A stretch of 64,000 nt of DNA from Heteronotia binoei. Its lineage: Eukaryota. A model generated the notes under the pieces. It searched no databases. It was not told the DNA's origin and saw only the letters and a list, made by a program, of their open reading frames with translations. Position numbers and translations under genes: made by a program. The stretch is from contig NC_083233.1 in NCBI RefSeq assembly GCF_032191835.1, positions 23,064,001 to 23,128,000 on the forward strand, in the 5' to 3' direction. Of this stretch, positions 12,957-24,234 are shown in pieces (position 1 is the stretch's first letter; the number at the start of each line of letters is the position of its first letter).

Positions 12957-13073
12957 CTCTTCGGGTGCCACGAGCCATGTTTTCCGGTTTTCATCGCAAT
13001 AGACACCTATCCGTCGCACCCAGAGGCGGACAGGTGGGGCTCTGGCATCACCACCTTCCTCGCCTTCTGCCAT
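12957..13073 (-). CDS. MTCP1: MTCP1 first coding exon
   Basis: MAEGEEGGDARAPPVRLWVRRIGVYCDENRKTWLVAPEE (TCL1-family LW...G.Y.DE...TW); below the ORF-track threshold; donor probably GC (gag|gcaagt). Confidence 0.9.
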
Positions 13074-13498
13074 GCCCCGAGCTCTGGCTATGAGGGCCCT
13101 CCCTCGGCTCCCATTCTACACATGGTCCCCCTTGGCCTCTGAACAAAGACATGGAAGGAACTGTTAGTCCTGCAAAGAACTGGGGTTGGCAGCGGGTGGC
13201 ACGCAGGGTTCCCAGTGCTGTGGAAAGTCAGGAGGGGAAAATGGTCACATGATGGTTCTCAAAAGGATGTGCACCTGAAAGATACCTGGTGAGAGGAATG
13301 GTGTTACGCTATAAAGAGCTCTCGGTTTGGCCCACAAAAGGCCTGGTTTGGGGGCTGTCCCATGTGGTCAGCGGAAGGTCTGCAGGCTTGTGGAACGCGA
13401 CAGCCAGTGAGTCATATCCAACCTCCACAAGTCCAGCTAGCCCAGTTGCTGAAGCCAACATCACCCACTTGGCTTGCTTTCTAGCCCCCTTCTTCTGT

Positions 13499-13972
13499 TA
13501 AGAATGTAAGAGAAGCCATGTTGGATCAGGCCAATGGCCCATCCAGTCCAACACTCTGTGTCACACAGTGGCCAAAAATTCCAAGTGCCATCAGGAGGTC
13601 CACCAATGGGGCCAGGACACTAGAAGCCCTGCCACTGTGCCCCCCCCCAAGCACCAAGAATACAGAGCATCACTACCCCAGACAGACAATTCCAACAATA
13701 AGCTGTGGCTAATAGCCACTGATGGACCTCTGCTCCATATGCTTATCCAATCCCCGCTTGAAGCTGTCTATGCTTGTAGCCATCAGCACCTGCTGTGGCA
13801 GTGAATTCCATGCGTTAATCACCCTTAGGGTGAAAAAGTACTTCCTTTTATCCATTCTAACCCGACTGCTCAGTAATTTCATTGAACGTCCACGAGTTCT
13901 CATATTGTGAGAAAGGGAGAAAAGTACTTCTTTCTCTACCTTCTCTATACCTTGCATAATCTTGTAAACCTC
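13499..13972 (-). mobile_element. CR1 LINE 3' fragment (RT C-terminus)
   Basis: ORF 13709..13957: LFSLSHNMRTRGRSMKL...RKYFFTLRVINAWNSLPQQVLMATSIDSFKRGLDKHM, a CR1 ORF2 C-terminus. Confidence 0.9.
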
Positions 13973-15198
13973 TACATATCATCTGTTTCTCAGTCCACTT
14001 CCCTTGTTCCATTTTCGTATGCTCCTTTGTGGCTTCTTTCAGCAGGAAGGAAAACTAGAGTAGCGTCAGGGGCAACCTTTGCTCTCTTCCACAAAATTAG
14101 GAAATGCACACCACATACTACTGCCAGTTCTCCTCTTTGCTCTTGCACAAAAGAGGCCACAGGGACTATATGGGAGTTAGAATTGCAAATGTGCCTGAAG
14201 GAGGAACAGAGTGGTTCACTTCGCATCCACCTGAAAAGTGGCTTCACAGCTGCACCACTTCTCTACCCCAGTGGCAAGATGAAGGTGATATCTGTACTCT
14301 GGCTTCTCATGATCTGTGGTCATCTAATCCCTTGGGATTTTTAATTCGGATCATTCCGATATCAATGGGAATTCTCTGGAAACCAAGAAAATCTAGACTA
14401 GAGAAAGAGCAGCACAGGAAAATGGTACTTCATGCTTTTGGCACCCACGGATTCACTCGGACCGCAGCAGAAAAGTCGGGGAAAAGCTGAAAACCATTCT
14501 TCTGCTAATACAACAGGAGAGACACAAAAAGGCGTGGAAGGAAGAGAATGGTTTCAGGGAGCAAGACATGCAAAGTCTCTCCAATGTACAACAAAAACAC
14601 CACGTCCTTTCCAGCAATAAAGCAAACGGTTTCCAAACTGCCAGGAAGACAAAGCCAAGTTTACATGCTAACAGCTGGGAATACAAAGATAAGGCAGAGG
14701 AAGGGACCGGCATGTGGTTAACTACTTTGGTGTGAAACCCAGAGAGACAAAAAGCATACTTTGCTTCCATAAAGGCCTCTGGTTACTGCAGAAGCAGTAG
14801 GGAAATGGTCATGACTTTTTCAGGGGTAGACTAGCCAAGAGAAGATCATGTTTCTCTAGTACGGTTCTGGCCTTTCCCTCTGGAATCAAATTGCTAAGCA
14901 TCCTTTGTACTGTAGGGGGCCCAAACGACATGGATCAAGAATCAGCACACATCGGTGCTAGACAGCTTCCAAACAGGAAGCAGCATTCAACTTGCATGGA
15001 TGTCACTTCCTTTTCCTAAGTTGGAATACAGTCCAGACCTGTGTTCCCTCTAAGCTGTTAGTGTGAGCTAGCTCACAGGTATTTAGCCTTCGGCTCACAC
15101 AGGAAAAATGGCCCCAGAGCAAACTAATTTATGCAGTAGCTCACAACTTTAATGCCAGTAGCTCACCAAGTCGAATTTTTGTTCACAAGACTCCACAG

Positions 15199-15476
15199 CG
15201 AAGAAGAAGGAGAAGAAATTGGATTTATATCCTGCCCTCCACTCCAAAGTCTCAGAGCGGCTCACAATCTCCTTTACCTTTCCCCCCCACAACAGACACT
15301 CTGTGAGGTGGGTGGGGCTGGAGAGGGCTCTCACAGCAGCTGCCCTTTCAAGGACAACCTCTGCCAGAGCTATGGCTGACCCAAGGCCATTCCAGCAGGT
15401 GCAAGTGGAGGAGTGGGGAATCAAACCCGGTTCTCCCAGATAAGAGTCTGCACACTTAACCACTACACCAAACTGG
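15199..15476 (-). mobile_element. tRNA-derived SINE copy
   Basis: Reverse complement of the 3773 family. Confidence 0.85.
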
Positions 15477-17218
15477 ACAAGACTCCAGCAGAGGCAGCGT
15501 GCTGCAGAGTATTCAGAATTCACAGTTTCTTCATAACCACGAGGGCCCATACCTTTGCTTCAGCAACAAACACAGCACCCCAACCCCATGGTGGGCTACA
15601 ATCAGGCCTGATCCCCCACCACCACAACTGGGCTTCCTTGAGAGGTGTCCTGCCCTCGCAACATCCCCCACAAATTCTATAATATCACCAGCTTTGATGT
15701 TCACAATTGTGTTCCATACTGAATGTGGCTTAAAGGTCTGACAGGCTTCCTTTGTGCTCACAGGAAAGGAATTGTGGGCAGCTTTATTTCTAAACGTACT
15801 GCCGACGTTGTTCAACTCTATATTCTCCATCGCTCTCTCTCATTCCAGCAGGGGATCTCTGTAACTGAAACGAAGGCTGCCAGTTCTAAAACAGGAAACA
15901 GCAGTCCGTTTCCTGCTTTTCTTGTTGTCTGTCAAATGCCAACTGATACGGAAACAAGCAAAGGATGGTGAGCAGACGGAAGCAGGGTATGAGACACCGT
16001 TCCGAGGGAATGTCTCACCACTCAGAAATTAAAAGAAACAATCGCTGTGTCCAAGTGAGGAGGCACCATTGTGACCTATGGCTTGGTCTAGCCTCTCATC
16101 GTTGCTCTAGGCCTCAGCTTCTACTGGAAACTCAGGATATTTTTGCCACTGGTGCACCAGAGCCTAACCATGTTGTACTGTGCAACGAAAGATGGCATTT
16201 CAGAGCCTTGGCTAACAGGAAGGAAGCTGCTGAAAATGTCTCTCTCCCCCCTTTTTTAACACTAGTGAGATTGGGGGGTATGAGGAGAACACAAAGAACT
16301 CAATGAACTGCTCTGAAAATCTTGCAAGTCCCAAGGAGTTCAAGGCTCCTGTATTTTTAAGTCATCTCAATACAATTGCTCACTGAAAGGAACAAGATAG
16401 AGAAAAAACCACCATTTTGATTATCCTTCTTACCATCCAGCCTCAAACATGCAAAATTAAAGAGCTTTCTGTCCCAATATCTTGCCTTGCTAGACAAAAT
16501 CCAGAGTTTTGTGGCTTAAAGGCTAGTAAAAGTTCCCTCACGATTTTGGAGACCTGACAGAAAAAGGCCTGTTTGTGAGCAGAGGTTGGGAAGGATTTGG
16601 GCATCCCTGTCTAGTTTAAGTTCCTTGAACTTCAAGTTCCATCTTCTTGGTGTTTTTGTCAAAAGTTAGGATGAAGGCCCATATATCCTTGAAGAACGGG
16701 CTATCCAGTAACATCCTACTTAATTCTACTGCGGTGGTCTGTTAAGGCATAGGAACCCAAAGAAGCAGAACTCCCGACAGAGAAATCTTTTTCCCCATCC
16801 CCACAGCTTCATCCTGTGAGAGGCTTCACCTGCTGAGTTTCTGTTAGCTAAGTAATCTACCTGATAAAGAAAAGACTATTAAAGACAAGAGCCTTTGCAA
16901 AGACAAAAAAAAACAGCCCGGCTGATTCAGGTACAAAGAGGACGTCTTCTCCAAATCTCTACTCTTCAAGTTATCAGTTCCTGCTTTGGCTCATCCTTCC
17001 CCACCCCCGAACAGAAAGCCTGGGTGCTTCACAGCAATGTGCCAGGAAGAAATTCAACAGGTGAAACGTTGGATAACAGCGAAGGGGGAAGCTGTGTCCT
17101 GTTGAATGCTTGCCTGATACGCAACTGAGAGGAGCCTAGCAAGGAAAGGAGAAGAAATCTACCACCACCCCCTTAGCCAGATGGCCCCTGACCCTCTTTC
17201 CCTCACGCTCTTGCGAAA

Positions 17219-17232
17219 GTCGCCATGGTAAC
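17219..17232. promoter_or_regulatory. RFX X-box motif
   Basis: GTCGCCATGGTAAC matches the GTNRCC(N0-3)RGYAAC consensus. Confidence 0.6.
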
Positions 17233-17523
17233 AGGCGAGCCCCATTCCGCACTACGCAGGGCTGCTAAAACCCCCATTTCCACCCCCAGGAGAGCCCCTT
17301 CCCAGCCGAGCCACGCCCCCTACCCTGCCTGAATTAATAGCCCAGAGCTGCCAGGGCGCCAAGGAAGATCCCTCCGGCACTTTCCCCAATGAGCCTAGCT
17401 CCCCTCCCACCCTCAAGCTGGGCCCACACAGCTCCTCTGAACCCACCCGCCCCCGGGCGGAACAGACCTGGCTTAGCGGCGCCAGCGGAACCCAGGAACG
17501 TTTTCGTAAGGGGTTGGCCGGAC

Positions 17524-17546
17524 ACTTCCGGGCACGGACCGGAAGT
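17524..17546. promoter_or_regulatory. Inverted pair of ETS/GABP sites
   Basis: ACTTCCGG (17524-17531) and CCGGAAGT (17539-17546). Confidence 0.6.
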
Positions 17547-17680
17547 TGCCGTTGTCCCGGAGACGCAGGCCTAAGAGGAAGGCTGCGGCCTCGGGCGTAG
17601 CGGGGGTCTCACTTAAAGACGGCGATAAAGGGGAGCGCTTTCCCCACCAGCATCTTCCCTCGACAGTGAAGCAGCCCGAG

Positions 17681-17785
17681 ATGGCGGTGCAGGCCGCACA
17701 CCTGGAGGCGGACGCCTTCTTGGTGTGCCTGAACCACGCGCTGAGTACCGAGAAGGAAGAAGTGATGGGGCTTTGCATTGGAGAG
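17681..17785 (+). CDS. BRCC3: BRCC3 (Lys-63-specific JAMM deubiquitinase BRCC36) exon 1
   Basis: MAVQAAHLEADAFLVCLNHALSTEKEEVMGLCIGE|gtaggc. Confidence 0.97.
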
Positions 17786-18907
17786 GTAGGCGGAAGGGAA
17801 GGGGAGAGGAGCCGCCGAAGGATTGAGAGATCTGCTTCTCCCTTCTTCACAGCTCCGACGTCTGCGGGTTTCCTCGAAATTCAGCCCCGCTCTGTTCAGT
17901 ACGCTTGCTTCCAACTAATCGATCGTGCCCTTAGAAGCTTTTTCTGTCCTCTGTTGTTATAGGGGTGGAAGTGGCCCTAGAACTAAGCATTTCCCACTAC
18001 GATGCTTGCCATTTAATTGCAGGGGTTTTTTTTGTTGTAGCACCAAATCGGCCAGGCTCAGCTGCTTTTCTATGCCAGTTTCCCCTCCAGTATGTCACGA
18101 ACAAAAACGGGGACATGATTGTGATACTGCAGTTCTCTGTCTGGGTAACTGCTTGAGTTTCAGACCTGTCCCCCATTATTACATATTTCTGAAATGTCTG
18201 TTCTGCCTTCTGTATTCCTTCTGTTCTGCAGTCTAATTGACTGGAAGGCCATGAATAATGCTTTTGCTTACAGGTATTCAAGAGAAAAAAAGTTGTAGGT
18301 TATCTATGGTTCAGGGTATACCTAAACAGGTGCAGTGTATGAAATGGCAGAATGTGACTTACACCAGTTTTCAGTGTGTTGTTAGAGCTATTATTTTAAA
18401 GGGTTCAGTTCCCACTAAAAATGTCTGGAAGTTCAATGTCAGTGCAGGGACTGTGTATATCTCACCCCATGCATATAAAAGCAACCTAAACAGGTGCAGT
18501 GTATGAAATGGCAGACTTAGTTCAATGTCAGTCCGTTGTCTAGGTTTGACAATCCAGGCAACCTGGAGCCCTTGTATTTCTCTGTCACACACATTGAAGG
18601 GCTGGAATGAATTCTTCAGTGAACTTTAGATCTATTTTAATCATACAATTTTTGGTATTGTATTAATTGACCATTTCAATTTCCAATTGTTTTTCTTTGT
18701 CAGAGGCTGTCTTAAACTCTGGATAAATGGGGTACAGATATTCTAAATAACTTGATAACCCTCTTGGTTCACAATGCCAAATGTAGAATCCTGTCTCCTG
18801 ATACTGCATATTCAAGGAGGAATTTTAAATTGTAGCTTTTGACAGTGTCAGGTTCACTGCTCCGTATTTTGTCTTGACTGACTGCTCCTTCTGTGATTTA
18901 TTTCCAG

Positions 18908-19027
18908 GTTGACACCAGCCAAATTGTTCACATCCACTCTGTGATCATCCTACGTCGGTCTGACAAAAGGAAAGATCGTGTGGAGATTTCTCCTGAGCAG
19001 CTTTCAGCTGCTTCAACAGAAGCTGAG
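18908..19027 (+). CDS. BRCC3: BRCC3 exon 2
   Basis: ttccag|VDTSQIVHIHSVIILRRSDKRKDRVEISPEQLSAASTEAE|atatcctttg (U12 donor). Confidence 0.97.
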
Positions 19028-19671
19028 ATATCCTTTGACAGACATTGGAGGAGGAGAGGGGCTGGAAGGGAAACTTGGTGAGAGCCAGTTTGGTGTAGTG
19101 GTTAAGTGTGCAGACTCTTATCTGGGAGAACCAGGTTTGATTCCCACTCCTCCACTTGCACCTGCTGGACCGGCCTTGGGTTAGCCATAACTATCGCAGG
19201 TGTTGTCCTTGAAAGGGGAGCTGCTGTGAGAGGCCTCTCAGCCCCACCCACCTCACAGGGTGTCTGTTATGGGGGGAGAAGATATAGGAGATTGTAAGCC
19301 GCTCTAAGTCTCTGATTCAGAGAGAAGGATGGGGTATAAATCTGCAGTCTTCTTCTTCTTCCCTGCTTCCTTCCCTTTGCAATATTTGTAGTAACTTTAC
19401 AAGAGTCTGACTAGATTGAAAAATCCAATCAGTGTAAGCCTCCCTACTTATTTATATTTGTGTGTGTGAGACCAAAGCCATCTTGCAAAGGTACTCTAAT
19501 ATTGGTGTAATGAAGAAATATATTTCATTAGTTCTCTAGCTTTGGCAAGCAAATTCGTTCACTTTCTTTTACTTTTAAAGCATCCTAACATCCCCATGGA
19601 ACAACATGCCTGTTTCAGTTTTCTCTTTTTGAAAGTTTTTCTGTGTCATGGAGAAACCTTAATGAACACAC
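19028..19671 (+). other. BRCC3: U12-type (minor spliceosome) AT-AC intron of BRCC3
   Basis: 5' ss ATATCCTTT; branch site CCTTAAT at 19657-19663; intron ends ...acac|AGA TTG, restoring the conserved AE|RLAELT. Confidence 0.93.
19078..19360 (+). mobile_element. tRNA-derived SINE inside the U12 intron
   Basis: gagagccagtttggtgtagtggttaag...gggtataaatctgcagtc(ttc)n. Confidence 0.85.
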
Positions 19672-19759
19672 AGATTGGCTGAGTTAACAGGCCGTCCTAT
19701 GAGAGTTGTGGGCTGGTATCATTCTCACCCTCATATAACAGTCTGGCCATCGCATGTAG
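19672..19759 (+). CDS. BRCC3: BRCC3 exon 3 (JAMM HxH motif)
   Basis: RLAELTGRPMRVVGWYHSHPHITVWPSHV+G|gtaaga. Confidence 0.97.
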
Positions 19760-19980
19760 GTAAGAAATTTCTGCTGGACAGGAAGTATATCTTGGTCCTA
19801 AGACCACAATCCCAAGCATGTCAGCCTAGACATTCTTCCAAAATTTGCCACAGTTGACTTGTAGCTCTTTCAGAGGAGCCGAGTAAACAGCTGTTGTGCA
19901 TTTTTAATGTTGCATGCCAATGCTTATTTCTGCTGTGGAATACCATATTTTAGGAGGCACCCTGCTACTTCAGCAGAAAA

Positions 19981-20694
19981 CACCATACAGAAGTGGCAAC
20001 ACAGTCTAAAGCAGAAAACAACTGTGTACAAAACACACCATAAAAATATACAAAGTAATTCTTATTATCTATGTTTGTTTCCAATAGTACCAAAATCACA
20101 GTATATCAAAAAGTTTCACAAAAGGAAAGGATCCACAATATTTCAATGTCCAGAAAATGTCCAGTCCTTCTCCCTTCTTATTCAATCCTGTGTGGTATCC
20201 AAATTCCTTACAAATCCTGGCTCCAAAGATGCTGTTCCCTTACGTGCCCATCAACTTGGATCACATTTCACATATAATGCTTCCTCGAAGAGCCGATCTG
20301 CTCAGTTTTTCTTTTTGACGTCAACTAAGACCACTTGATCAGACTAGCTAGTGCCTTTTGGAAATTTGATCAAGTGGTCTTAGTTGACATCAAAAAGAAA
20401 AACTGAGCAGATCGGCTCTTCGAGGAAGCATTATATGCAAAACGTGATCCAAGTTGACGGGCACATAAGGGAACAGCATCTTTAGAGCCAGGATTTGTAA
20501 GGAATTTGGATACCACACAGGACTGAATAAGAAGGGAGAAGGACGACATTTTCTGGACATTGAAATATTGTGGATCCTTTCCTTTTGTGAAACTTTTTGA
20601 TATACTGTGAATTTGGTATTATTGGAAACAAACATAGACAATAAGAATTACTTTGTATATTTTTATGGTATGTTTTGTTCACAGTTGTTGTTTT
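19981..20694. mobile_element. Inverted-dimer (foldback) insertion with 16-bp flanking direct repeat
   Basis: Arms about 20014-20340 and 20368-20694 are near-identical reverse complements with a 27-bp spacer; CTACTTCAGCAGAAAA at 19965-19980 and 20695-20710. Confidence 0.85.
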
Positions 20695-20839
20695 CTACTT
20701 CAGCAGAAAAGGCAGCTATATACGGTAATCTCTCCTTACTGGCTTGAGCATCCAGTGCTGATGATCCCATGCCTGCATTTGGAGCAGGAATCTTGGAAGT
20801 CTTGACTTTGTTTTTTTTTTACCAATGTTGTATCTTCAG

Positions 20840-20928
20840 ATGTTCGCACTCAAGCTATGTATCAGATGATGGACCAAGGCTTTGTGGGGCTTATTTTCTC
20901 CTGTTTCATTGAGGATAAAAACACAAAG
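20840..20928 (+). CDS. BRCC3: BRCC3 exon 4
   Basis: ttcag|(D)VRTQAMYQMMDQGFVGLIFSCFIEDKNTK|gtaaga. Confidence 0.97.
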
Positions 20929-22210
20929 GTAAGAAGTTCACAAATAAAGAGTATCTTTCTTCTTAACAAACATACTAGGTAAGGGGGAACAGGCATCTCA
21001 CTATTCCCCCCCCCCAATCTTAGTGTTCCTCTGTGCTTGGGACTGTAGAAACCAGAGGCTGTGCATGGAGCACATCGATTTAATGCCTGTGGCTGTTGTG
21101 ATCGTGACCTCAGCATAATCTGAGTATCCAGAAGTGCCTAGTACTAGAGGCTGAGTGGGAACTGTGTCTCCTGCATAGCTTTCTCTTGCATGCTGGTGGT
21201 CTGATCTGTGAATGTATTTTCAGTGGAGTCATGTATTTATTTCCTTTTCTCATAGTCTGCCTTCTCACTGAGACTCAAGGCAGATCACACTCTTAAACCA
21301 GAGCCATAAGAACAGTATAATATGCAGAACCAGTGGTGCAATAACCTGGATTAAAAAAATTAGAGAGCAACATGCTAAAAACAGTCTAACATATACAGTA
21401 AAACAATGCAGCAAATCTGGATTACAAAATTAGAGAACAATGCATAGGACAGTATAACTAATAGACATTGGACAAAGCAAGTAAAACTGCCTAAAAATTC
21501 ACAAGCACTAACTGGCACCTTGTTCACTCAGTGGTTTAAAATAACATGACCTTGGAAGAAGAGGCTAATGGAGATTGATTCACATTATTCAATGACTTGG
21601 TGCACGGTGTCTCATAGCCCCCCAAATCCAAGTTCTCTAAGAGAACCAAAACAGACTGTGTTCAGTTTGCTGTAGATCTCTGTTTTTTGTATGGTTTGAA
21701 ACTGGGAGTGGGCATGAAGAACAGAATACTGGAGGAGGTTGCAAGTGTGCATGGCGGGCAGGGAATAATTCACAAGCCGTTGCTCTTGAGTACATAAGCA
21801 TAGAGTGAAGTGAAGTTTCTCAGTGGATCTGAGGAAACGGAACCCCTGGCTGCTGGGTTTCAGCAATCTCAGACATTGCTAAAGGAGGCTGGCCTCAGGC
21901 ATTATAACTTAAGAAAAGGCAAAGATCACTGACCTGTCATTTTTAAATAAACTTCTATAGTCAATATTTAACAAGCCATAAGGTTTTTTCCTTGGGAATT
22001 TGAGATGAACTTTAATCTGCAGCTGAGAACCAGCATATATATTTCCTCCTTCCTCTCCCTCTTCAAGCAGTAGAACACTGGAATGTGGGAAGTGTTAATG
22101 TAGGACACTTTGTGTGCTTGGGGGAGCGGGTCTTGGTAAAATAGTGTGACCTTATATAAACAATTCTTGGAGGTTTTCTTACACTAACTTGTATCTGATT
22201 ATTGGTTCAG

Positions 22211-22266
22211 ACAGGCCGGATCCTGTACACCTGTTTCCAGTCCATTCAGGCACAAAAAAGCTCAGA
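22211..22266 (+). CDS. BRCC3: BRCC3 exon 5
   Basis: ttcag|TGRILYTCFQSIQAQKSS(E)|gtaagt. Confidence 0.96.
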
Positions 22267-23347
22267 GTAAGTGTTTAGGCTTCTTTTTTTATATTTCAGC
22301 ACTGCTGCTAACGTGTTGTAATAGAAAAAAAATTTAAATTCTATTTTATACTGTTTCATTTGGAGTTTTTTGCTGCTTCTAGATATTAAAACCTATTGTA
22401 AAATCTTTTGAATTCATTTTATAATAACCGTTAAAAGCAGCAAGAAGTTTTATCTATTTTAATAAGGTAGCTTTATGACTTCATTTTTATGTATCCTTAA
22501 ATAAACTGTATTTTGTAGAAAGCTGGGATACATAATCCCTTCCTAAGTTGAGTTGCACGCTTCTAAGTCCATTGAAGTCAGTAGGCTTAGAAGGATGTAA
22601 CTCTGTTTTAAGATGAAGCTGTAAATGGAATCAAGCAAAGCAATTATGACTGAGAATTGCTGAGTCTCTTTCCAACTTAGCTTCAAGGGTGCTTTCACAC
22701 TTTGTGGAGCTGCTTTGTTTATAATTCTCAGGTTTTCATCTTGAAGACTGCTTTTAGGGAGGGCAGGGAGTGTTCATTCCAACATCTTGAATGGAAGACT
22801 TTACACTTCCCAGCCACTTAGCAACTCCCCGTCCCAGGATCCAGTTGCCAGTTTGTTCTGCCTAACTGGCAGAATGCCACCCAGTAACTTTTTGTGGTAA
22901 GGATTTTGTGACTGAGTAAGGATTTTATCTGGGCCTTTCTGGTCTAATGATGGATAGAACAACCACTATTCTCATGATACCTGCTGCTGAATGAAGGCTG
23001 GTGATGTTTTCCACAAAGAGATGAGCTTACATGGCTTCCCCACTGATGGTGTGACTGCGTGGGACTTCCATATGGCAGTTTTCCTTGCCCCAGCCCACCC
23101 CCCCAGGCCACCAAGGGCTTTGCAGGTTTTTAAAAAATCAAAACTAGAATATTGTTACATCACTATATTGTTATACCAATATATGCACCAGGTTCTCTTT
23201 TTTTAAAAAGTCTTTAACTCCTTCCACTGTGGAGGTATGACTTTCTGCTTACATCTCTGCAGTGGAAGGGACTAGAAACTGGCTTTTTTCAAAATGAAAG
23301 ATGAGAATTCAGGAAACTTGATACACATATTGATATAATGTTACATT

Positions 23348-23552
23348 CAGGGTGTCTTTTTTTTTTGTAGCAAAAGCCCAGCAGGAGTTTATTTGCATAT
23401 TAGGCCACACCCCCTGGTGTCACCACTGTTTCACACAGGGCTTTTTCTACAAAAAAGCCCAGCAGGAACTCATGTGCATATTAGGCAACATGCTCTGATG
23501 CCAAGCCAGCCGGAACTACATTCTTGTGCGTTCCTGCTCAGAAAAAGCCCTG
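23348..23552. mobile_element. hAT-type MITE (TIR CAGGGCTTTTT family)
   Basis: cagggtgtctttt...aaaaagccctg with TSD gttacatt/gttatatt. Confidence 0.75.
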
Positions 23553-24234
23553 GTTATATTGGTATCTTTGTGCTGGTTTTAAAAAGCTTCCACCCCACCG
23601 CACCCTGCCACCTCAGAGGCAGTGGGAGAGGAAGTGACAGCAGAGGGCTCAAGATTAGGAAAAATATTTGCAATGTGGGTGGCAAAATCTGAATTTCCCC
23701 ATGCATAGAATATGCATCCAGGCATTACTGCAGTCTTTCCCAAACATTGGAGCTAACCAGGTTTGAGAAAGATCAGATAAAAGCTGGGAAAACCCCACGC
23801 AATACATGAACGCACCACAATACACTGGTGAAGTGTGGGGATGCGGAAACGCTTCCCAAAAGCTTTCAGTCCAGGGCAGATAACCCTTGTGGCAATGACA
23901 GGTGTCCTTGCAGAAAGCTGGGACTTTTGTGGCTGCATTTTGTGCTTTGCTTAGAAACATCTGCAGTGTGATCTCAGGCACCCTTTGCTTGTGTTGTTGC
24001 CTAGCATCAGTTAATGCCCATGCAATAGGGCACCTTTTCATGGTTCCACTTCCACACAGCTATGTACGCTGCTTTTGTCTGCAGTACAGCAGATGGTTTC
24101 CATCTGCTTGTCTGCCCTAGCAAACCTGCCAAGCCCTGCTGCTGGGTGGTGATGCCACGTGAAACAGAAAGGTGTTTTTGTTTTTTTTACAGAAAGTATA
24201 AAGGCGGGCACTAACTCGTATATTTTTGTTGTAG

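Larger units (their letters stand above)
17150..17700. promoter_or_regulatory. CpG-rich bidirectional promoter (BRCC3 + / MTCP1-CMC4 -)
   Basis: High CpG density, GC box cccgccccc near 17447, inverted ETS sites, X-box; BRCC3 ATG at 17681; the head-to-head layout is known in mammals. Confidence 0.8.

Noticed and set aside
13907-16306. Several 100-145 aa ORFs in the long first intron of MTCP1/CMC4
   Set aside because: No recognisable domain or consistent splice chain; the lengths are expected by chance and are partly CR1-derived.
19907-20682. Mirror-image ORFs on both strands (143, 68, 83 and 66 aa)
   Set aside because: They result from the inverted duplication and are not genes.
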